Assembly (NCBI GenBank): GCA_946965045.2
Contig: OX337241.1
Span: 1,240,001-1,304,000, forward strand
Direction: 5' to 3'
DNA: 64,000 nt
From: Epithemia pelagica
Lineage: Eukaryota > Protista > Bacillariophyta
This document shows positions 57,068 to 64,000 of the stretch, piece after piece. Under the pieces are notes generated by a model that was not told the origin of the DNA, did not search any database, and worked only from the letters and a program-made list of their open reading frames with translations. The position numbers and the translations under genes were made by a program. How positions within the stretch are numbered: the stretch's first letter is position 1; every line of letters starts with the position of its first letter.

Positions 57068-57544
57068 GGCCGTTCCTTGATATTCTGCAAAAACAAAAGT
57101 TGGAGGGTGACACGTCACAAAAAACCCGGAAATATGGCTTCAAATCCGGGTTCGACGCTGTTTCAGCTTTTGAGGCTTCCAACTTTTGCAGGCCGGCAAA
57201 AGCTGAACAGACATTAGGGATAGTGCTTTCTTCTTGCTAGTGTACATGGGGCCCTACAGAAACAAAAATGACGGTTTAGGATTTGAACGGCGCGCGTTCG
57301 ACTCCAACGGTCCCCCTAACCTCAATGAAGAGGAAGACGGAACGTCCTCCTAATGTCTTACTTTGATAATTGTAGTATTCAAATCATGGAAGTGAATATG
57401 GGGACTATTGGGGGCCTTGGGGGAAAAAGTGCGGTTATAGGTTTTGGTTTTGTAAATGCCAAAGGACGGCGTGTCGCGCAATTGTGTACAAAAAGGTGAT
57501 GTCATGTGTCGATTTTTGTTTTTGCAGAATATCAAGGAACGGCC
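57068..57544. mobile_element. PIF/Harbinger (Tourist-like) MITE, family B, 477 bp
   Basis: 31-bp perfect TIR GGCCGTTCCTTGATATTCTGCAAAAACAAAA; TSD TTA at 57065-57067 and 57545-57547. Confidence 0.92.
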
Positions 57545-58095
57545 TTAGAAGTATGCTGGGACTCTAAACTTCCTCGGATTTCGTCTTTGGCTGATCTTTC
57601 GACGAAGCACAAAATAATGGGGGTAGGGTGACATACGACGATTAGAAAGGGGAAAGGCAAAGAAGGACCCCTTCGATCGGGATCGGGGCCATCTTGCCAA
57701 AGACGACGTTGTGCAGTTGTTGCCGTCAACTACATAGTCAAGTTCAATTGTTTTATGTGCTCTATGTCCGAATTCGGGGTGAGACGTCTCTGGCGATTAA
57801 AAAATAGTCGCATCATTGCCCCGTATGTCATGAAAGAGAGATGAGGTATGAAGCGGGCACAGTATGTTTTGTACATGTGGTTGAAAATATGATTTTTTTA
57901 GGCCAATGGTGTGGGTTCCCTCTCACTCATTAGTCTGATGCGGCGGCAAAGCGCAACTTCTAGAGCTCCGAGCTCCGAGGCCAAAGTTCCAAAGGCCAGT
58001 GGTGTTCCTCCCATCCACCACTCCCTCTCCATCCGATACGTCTACAATATCTTGAACAGTTTTCCAACCACCTTATCTCTGATCTTTGGAGCAAG

Positions 58096-59019
58096 ATGAC
58101 AGAGGCATCTGATCAGATCGGAGCCATGTTGGGGCAAGAGGTGTTGGCCTACGGTACTTCTGACTATCTTGCTCCTTCGTTCAGGCCGAATCTCTCTTTT
58201 CCAGGGATGGGAGAAGCCGAGTCCACCTCTGTTTCAGTGGATTCCTCCTCGTCAGGTATCACAGAACTTTGGAGAGAGAAGATCTGCGAGTGGTGTTATC
58301 AAGTTATTGACCACTTTGACTTTTCCCGAGAAGTCGTTTCCATCGCCATGAACTATCTGGATCGGTACCTAGCCACCAAGATAGTGAACAAAAAGGTTTT
58401 TCAACTAGCAGCGATGACTGCCCTCTTCCTCGCTGTAAAGCTGCATGAACGCTCCAAGCTAAGCATGTCATCTATGATCGAGCTTAGCAGAGGTTGCTTT
58501 ACGGTAAACCAAATGGCTGCCATGGAGATCTCTCTCATCAGAAGCCTTCGATGGAATCTTCATCCTCCTACTTCGCAAAGCTTTGTTCAACGCTTCCTTC
58601 TATTGCTTCCAAGCACCGGTGTCAACTCTGATATCCTCTATGATGTCTTGGAGCTCTCTCGATTCCTTACCGAGTTGAGTGTAATTGACTACTTTTTTGT
58701 TTCTCATCGCCCCTCCAAAGTTGCTCTGGCAGCACTCGCCAATGCAATGGAAGATATCGCTTCGGTTCCAGTGGATGCACAGATACAGTTTGCTGAGATT
58801 CTAAGAAGCCAATATGATATTGATGTAGTTTCCTCATCATCGATCTTGGAATGCCGAAGACGCCTTCGTGCCCTCTGCGCTCTACAAGGAAATCTTGCTG
58901 CTACTAATGGTTCCTCCTTATCCAGCCCCTCAAGTGATCAACATGGACTTGGTGCCTCGCCGGTTTGCGTATCATACGGCGTTTCGGTCTATCAAGAACC
59001 TACAGGGACTCTCAAGTAG
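58096..59019 (+). CDS. Cyclin, diatom-specific (dsCYC) type, 307 aa
   Basis: Cyclin box WREKICEWCYQVIDHFDFSREVVSIAMNYLDRYL...FQLAAMTALFLAVKLHE...MEISLIRSLRWNLHPPT. Confidence 0.92.
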   Translation: MTEASDQIGAMLGQEVLAYGTSDYLAPSFRPNLSFPGMGEAESTSVSVDSSSSGITELWREKICEWCYQVIDHFDFSREVVSIAMNYLDRYLATKIVNKKVFQLAAMTALFLAVKLHERSKLSMSSMIELSRGCFTVNQMAAMEISLIRSLRWNLHPPTSQSFVQRFLLLLPSTGVNSDILYDVLELSRFLTELSVIDYFFVSHRPSKVALAALANAMEDIASVPVDAQIQFAEILRSQYDIDVVSSSSILECRRRLRALCALQGNLAATNGSSLSSPSSDQHGLGASPVCVSYGVSVYQEPTGTLK

Positions 59020-59463
59020 AATGACTTTCATTCTTGACCAATCTTTCGTAACTTTCGTCTTTCCGATTCTCGTGTTCTTTCTCGGATTGGGTGCGTACAA
59101 GTGGAGATCTACGGCACAACATGACTACATAGTTCTCCTCAGCTTGCATGACTACATTCAAAATTCCCCATGCACGCCAAAACCTACCAGGTCCACCTCC
59201 CGTTCCCTCCGAGAGCATCTTTCTTCAAATTGATCTAAACCGCTACTTGATGAAACACTCCTCAAAGTTAACTATTGCTAGAGTCTTGAGTTACTTCCGC
59301 TTGACCTTCATTGTCACTGTCGTAGAGAGCCATTGCAGGGGAGGACAATCTGCTTCACTTGACAGTATCTCCAATCATGAGAATATTCTTTTCACATGGA
59401 AGATCCTTACCGATATATTTTCTTCAGTCGTGGTGGCAATACCAATACAGGTCCTACTCCTAA

Positions 59464-59905
59464 GGCCGACCCTTAAGCCTCTACGAAACGAAAGTTGAGA
59501 GCTGACATTTCGTTTTGGCGGGATTTTGCTTCCTTACGCGTCTGCGAAACGAAAACTAGAACCGCGCCTTGTCCCCCATTCATCCCCCATTCCCCCCCCA
59601 TTTTCACTTCAATGAATTGAATACTAAAATAATTCTCACAGAATTGTGACGTACACAGGACGCACCGACCGTTGGAGCTGAACGCCAGTCGATCAATACT
59701 CTTGAGCGTTATGAACAACTTCACATTCATACATTGTCTAAACGCTTTGCACATCTGGAACGCCTTCTACTTTCGTTGGCCTACGAAAGTTGGCGCCAAC
59801 TTTCGTAGCCCCGAAAGCTGAAACGCAAGAGTACCCGGATATAAGAGGTAAAATGATGACGTGTCAGCTTTCAACTTTCGTTTCGTAGAGGCTTAAGGGT
59901 CAGCC
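59464..59905. mobile_element. PIF/Harbinger (Tourist-like) MITE, family C, 442 bp
   Basis: ~44-bp TIR GGCYGACCCTTAAGCCTCTACGAAACGAAAGTTGARAGCTGACA with 2 mismatches; TSD TAA at 59461-59463 and 59906-59908; internal perfect 28-bp palindrome at 59781-59808. Confidence 0.92.
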
Positions 59906-60706
59906 TAAGAAGGATGTGATGTTCGTGAGATGAATCTAGTTTCTAGTGTACCCCCAAGCAGGGGCGAGAATCTGGTCGCACAAAAAGAAGTATTCTAAGA
60001 ATCACGGAAATGATTGACGGGCAGACTGTAAAAATCTCACCTCGCTGGGGAGTAGTTTCCAGTGATGCCACATGGGTAGACGAAATCCATGGCCTGAGCC
60101 CTCATCCCTAGCTTTCGGATCGGATCTCGGATCTCCTTCCATTTTTCTCGACTCTCGACGTATCCCCCGAATCCACGTAGTAAGGACTCATGTTCTTTTT
60201 AGTCGTTCGCTTGGTTCGTAGAAAATTCCTTACGACATTCACCCCACGCGCAGTCCACGCGCTGCATAAGGCTAACTCGTGCCAGCTACTTGTTCCGGTT
60301 TCCGGTGGGGTGGGGGGTGGGGGATGACTTGGATATTGGATGGGAGTGTGAGACCGTAGCCACTACCCACACCCACGCCCAAAACGAAAATCCTTGGGGA
60401 CAATTTTTACAATAATATATATAAAATTTCTACACTAATGCTTCTACCTCTAGCTAGCTACTCGTACTCCTCTAGCTCTCTAGAGCTAGCTACCCAACGA
60501 TGGAGACGGGGGATCCCTATCCCTATGCAACTCTCTACGTGCTGAATGTTGTGTGGTTAGCCAGTGCTCTAGCTACTCCTAAAGTACTCCTACTCGTGTT
60601 AGCAAAGTTCGAGATTCAAACCTGCCACCGCGCCCGCATAACGGACGTCGAATAACCCATAGAAACGAATTGTGTGTTGGCCTACCGATAAAGATTATCA
60701 TTGACG

Positions 60707-61651
60707 ATGGATTATCTGGCTTCCACTGGTGCCAATCTGACCAGCTGGTACTGGCTGATTGATAAACTGAGCGAGGCAGCTGAAAGGAACGAGGCACTGG
60801 ACGTTCAACCGTCGAGAACCGTCATTGTCGCCAGCAATTCCGTCATAGCATTTGTGAATCGCTACATCCAAGCAAACCCGGGTACAACATACATTTGTTA
60901 TGGTCGTTCGGGGACTGGGAAAACAATGGCGGCCTTGCATTTGATTCATGGTGAACACGATAACCGCCCAAGGCGCGCTATCATGGTCAATGCTGGTGGA
61001 GACAATGACTTCCCGGAATATTTTGCGCGGATGCAGAATGCCCCCGAGGCTGCCCCTTTCCTCGCAAACATCCTCTGTGCTGCTCTAGTGTTTGATGAAA
61101 AGAAAAAGGAATCCGCAGATGGGATCGGAGTTTACGCCTGGACTTTATTCACAAAAATACGTCGTTTGATCAAGGACTGCCACGAACGAACAATTGACCA
61201 ACCTAGTATTGCATTGCAGCAATCAGATTTGCTGGAGATTGGAGTTGTCCGCGCAAGGCAAACTCGTACTGATCTACCTCTCTTGATCATTGATGACTTT
61301 GCAGAATCATCACCTAACCGTAACTTTCTCTCGAGCCTTTATATCCAAGCATCGGCACTAGAAATAACCGTTCTCGTGTTGACCAAAGATGCCGATTGGG
61401 GTACCAGAATGGTTGAAATCAATGGCGGGGTCAAGATCCTACCAATGGACGAAGTTATAAGGAATCCGCGAGGAGATAGCGTGGAACCCTTTGAAGAAGA
61501 ACCTGACTGGACAGGGATGGGATGGAATCTTAGAGACTTGCAGAATTTTGCGGCCACATTGGGCCACCCTGACATATCGGAAGAGCTCCATGAGGGCATG
61601 ACGCCTCAAGCCGTTCAAGAGCTACATATACGACGTACACGCTTGTTTTAG
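60707..61651 (+). CDS. Orphan P-loop NTPase (AAA+/STAND-like), intronless, ~314 aa
   Basis: Walker A YGRSGTGKT after a hydrophobic strand; Walker B PLLIIDDF; following strand VLVLT. Confidence 0.72.
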   Translation: MDYLASTGANLTSWYWLIDKLSEAAERNEALDVQPSRTVIVASNSVIAFVNRYIQANPGTTYICYGRSGTGKTMAALHLIHGEHDNRPRRAIMVNAGGDNDFPEYFARMQNAPEAAPFLANILCAALVFDEKKKESADGIGVYAWTLFTKIRRLIKDCHERTIDQPSIALQQSDLLEIGVVRARQTRTDLPLLIIDDFAESSPNRNFLSSLYIQASALEITVLVLTKDADWGTRMVEINGGVKILPMDEVIRNPRGDSVEPFEEEPDWTGMGWNLRDLQNFAATLGHPDISEELHEGMTPQAVQELHIRRTRLF

Positions 61652-61664
61652 GAGACAGTGCCTG

Positions 61665-61806
61665 GTTGAGTGTAATTGACTACCTACTTTTTTGTTTCTC
61701 ATCGTCCCTCTCAACTCTCAAGTTCCTCTGCCAATGCAATGGAAGATATCGCTTCGGTTCCAGTGGATGCACAGATACAGTTTGCTGAGATTCTAAGAAA
61801 GCAATA
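61665..61806 (+). pseudogene. Duplicated internal fragment of the upstream cyclin gene (source about 58674-58812)
   Basis: 70 bp identical (61730-61799 = 58738-58807), preceded by a segment with small insertions and a ~10-bp deletion relative to the gene. Confidence 0.92.
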
Positions 61807-62373
61807 TTTATCAAGGAGTAGCAGGTAGCATAGGGAGTCTACCTTTTCCATTTTCCACCCTGGTACTCGTGGACGTCTAGAGTCTAATTGTAGCTCTCTA
61901 GAAAAGTCCGTAGTGTTCGAGATTGAAAATTCAGCTTGTCCAAGGCAGGTTGGCGGAAAAGGTCGTAAACTCTACAGCAACCTAGTCGGTATGCGGACCC
62001 CTATCTCCCCTGTTTAACCTACTTTCAACATGGGGCTAGGAAGATTGATCATTGCATGATTTTGATTTGTCCAATCCACTAAGAACTTGGAGGTGGTGCG
62101 CTCACCAGTCACCCGAACAATCTAAATCAGAAGTCACCCGACAACAGCACACGCATGTGGTATTTTCGCTCCCAACAGGAGAATTTCAAGCGTGGTCAGT
62201 ATCTTCACTTACACCCCCAAAACTGTCTCACCGTTCAACGAGGAGCGCACCACTCAAAAGACACAGCATATGGTGATGGAATCCGATCACTTTCATAACC
62301 ATGATATTCGAGATGCGAAAAAGAATGGCCGGTCCATGCAATCATTGCTGTGTTGACTTGATGAAAGGATGAC

Positions 62374-63702
62374 TCAAAGCGCGCGATCTTTGCTGATTAT
62401 TTCGATAAGGTAGCTGCTGACGACTTGGCGCAATTGAAGGAGCGATTCGTCATTGATTCTTGATCGACGACGACCCGTCAAAAGCCTTGCTAGGCTTTTT
62501 CCCAGACGGGAGTTGAATCGCTCCAACCAGGAATCACTTTCTTTTCGATTCGATGGAGCAACGGGTGTGAGGTGCGTACCTCGTATTCGAGAAAAGTAGA
62601 CAGACGAGGCTTCCGCCAGGGCAGACGCCAATTTTGAACTTTGATCCACTTTGTCGTCGTCAAACTGAACAATAAGGGTGTTCGAAATGTTATATCTTCC
62701 ATCCATCGTCAGAGCCTTCCAAAGTTGATCTGGTGATGGGTAAAACTCGAGAGAGTCTTCTGACGGGGTAAGGGCTGACTTCAGCTTGCTTGCTTGTTGC
62801 TGGAGTACATCTCCAAGATCGGACAACACTTCACCCCAATCCTCCTCATCCTCGAAATCGTCACCGTACAAGTAATCCGACTTTCTTCGTCTCTTTTCAT
62901 CCAGGCTTTCTCTGTTTTGCATTGTTTCTCTTCTCAGCTGACGACTTGCCCTATTCAACTGATAAATTCCAGGGATGCCAGCTGCCGCCCCATAATTCGT
63001 AAAGCTCAACACAACCAGCGCCTTGAAATCAGGCGGAGGAGGGTACGACCGTCGACGCCTCTCCCCTGACCTGGTCCCAAGAGTGGCCAAGACAACCAAC
63101 AAACGAGAGCCAAGAGAATGTCCCAAGCCACAGACTGCCACGTCCGCCATTTTATCACCATATTCATCCACCAGCACATCGCGCCAGGCAACCTGGAACT
63201 GCCGATCCAACTTTTTGGCCAATGCCACATGTTCCAATGGTGACTGGAAGACTGTAACAGGAATGCTTGTAGCCACCACAGCCATTTGGGTATTTTTGAC
63301 GAGTTCTTCCAGAAAGTTGTTGTACCAGAGCGCCGGAGCAGATCCAAAGAATGTGCCTCCCACAAAATGAACGACCGACGTCGGACATGCGACACTCACA
63401 GGTGGCAACATCACATAAGCTGTTCCTGCGTCACTGGAGCAGGTTTCCCATTCAAGAGTTTCTTGATTTGATTGTGATGAACTATAGTATCCTTCGTCAG
63501 AAGACGGAGGTGCCTGTTCTCCATTGCGGTCGTCCCAGTAGTTGTTGATTCTGGATACCTTGTATGATCTAAGAACCGAGGTCGACAAATCGTGGGAAGC
63601 AAAACTGCACCACGCCCGTGCCAAGTTGCCATGTATAAGTTGTAGTACAACATAACATAAACATGACCTCCATCGCTTGCTGATGAATGTCATCAACTCC
63701 AT
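62374..63702 (-). CDS. DUF1350-like alpha/beta-hydrolase, probably plastid-targeted
   Basis: VVHFVGGTFFGSAPALWYNNFLEEL, nucleophile elbow GLGHSLG, IVQFDDD, RGTHLTP; hydrophobic N-terminal segment ending ARA-W. Confidence 0.8.
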   Translation of the reverse strand: MELMTFISKRWRSCLCYVVLQLIHGNLARAWCSFASHDLSTSVLRSYKVSRINNYWDDRNGEQAPPSSDEGYYSSSQSNQETLEWETCSSDAGTAYVMLPPVSVACPTSVVHFVGGTFFGSAPALWYNNFLEELVKNTQMAVVATSIPVTVFQSPLEHVALAKKLDRQFQVAWRDVLVDEYGDKMADVAVCGLGHSLGSRLLVVLATLGTRSGERRRRSYPPPPDFKALVVLSFTNYGAAAGIPGIYQLNRASRQLRRETMQNRESLDEKRRRKSDYLYGDDFEDEEDWGEVLSDLGDVLQQQASKLKSALTPSEDSLEFYPSPDQLWKALTMDGRYNISNTLIVQFDDDKVDQSSKLASALAEASSVYFSRIRGTHLTPVAPSNRKESDSWLERFNSRLGKSLARLLTGRRRSRINDESLLQLRQVVSSYLIEIISKDRAL

Positions 63703-64000
63703 TCTGAATTCTAAACGAAATCCAGTTCAGTGATGGATTGGCCAAGTCCCTTCCACGCGTCAACCTCTCAGGGCACGATGGGTATCACGCATGCCAGGTA
63801 AAGTTTACTATTGCCTTCGCTGCCATACTATCCGTTGATGATGCCAAGGCAATAGTCTTTGCAGTGGGAGCAAGAACAAATCCGGCGGAGACGATCATGT
63901 GGGTTCACAAAAGTTGGAATCCAGTAACCGCCAACTTTGTGAGCTCCTCCGCAATGCCGACGAAAAATTTGTACAAACAAAAGAGACAAGACTCCGACCA

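Noticed and set aside
57249-57317. tRNA-like segment in MITE B (GGGGCCC...GTTCGACTC...GGTCCCC)
   Set aside because: The T-stem does not pair and no D or anticodon arm forms; not a tRNA
60303-60323. G-rich run GGTGGGGTGGGGGGTGGGGG as a G-quadruplex
   Set aside because: Only three separate runs of 3 or more G; at best a two-tier or bulged G4, with no supporting context
63720-64000. Possible start or end of another gene at the window edge
   Set aside because: Too short and no recognisable motif in any frame

Overview
Eukaryotic nuclear DNA. Short GT-AG introns, bipartite plastid-targeting signals, a diatom-type cyclin and diatom-type myosins and Copia elements point to a diatom, probably a raphid pennate. 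Host genes: three paralogous myosins sharing one intron position, OsmC-like, PPR, TatD, GH47 mannosidase, NADAR, two Kir-like K+ channels flanking a signal-peptide/TM JmjC gene, plastid cysteine synthase, class I heme peroxidase, cyclin, an orphan P-loop NTPase and a DUF1350-like hydrolase. About 21 kb is mobile DNA. A defective Copia (24427-30310) carries an extra ORF before gag. A nested island (41482-54972) is a PIF/Harbinger-type TIR unit (TAA TSD) enclosing a DIRS1-like RT-RNaseH-methyltransferase plus tyrosine-recombinase fragment. That unit was hit twice by one Copia family: a solo LTR in the RNase H, and a young intact element in the last 5 bp of the right TIR. The intact Copia has a chromodomain-like module, an extra 5' ORF and a primer-binding site that reads as a tRNA-Asn anticodon arm, suggesting half-tRNA priming by a non-Met tRNA. 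Two further Harbinger-type MITEs bracket the cyclin. All coordinates, alignments and splice sites were derived by eye; no database searches were run.
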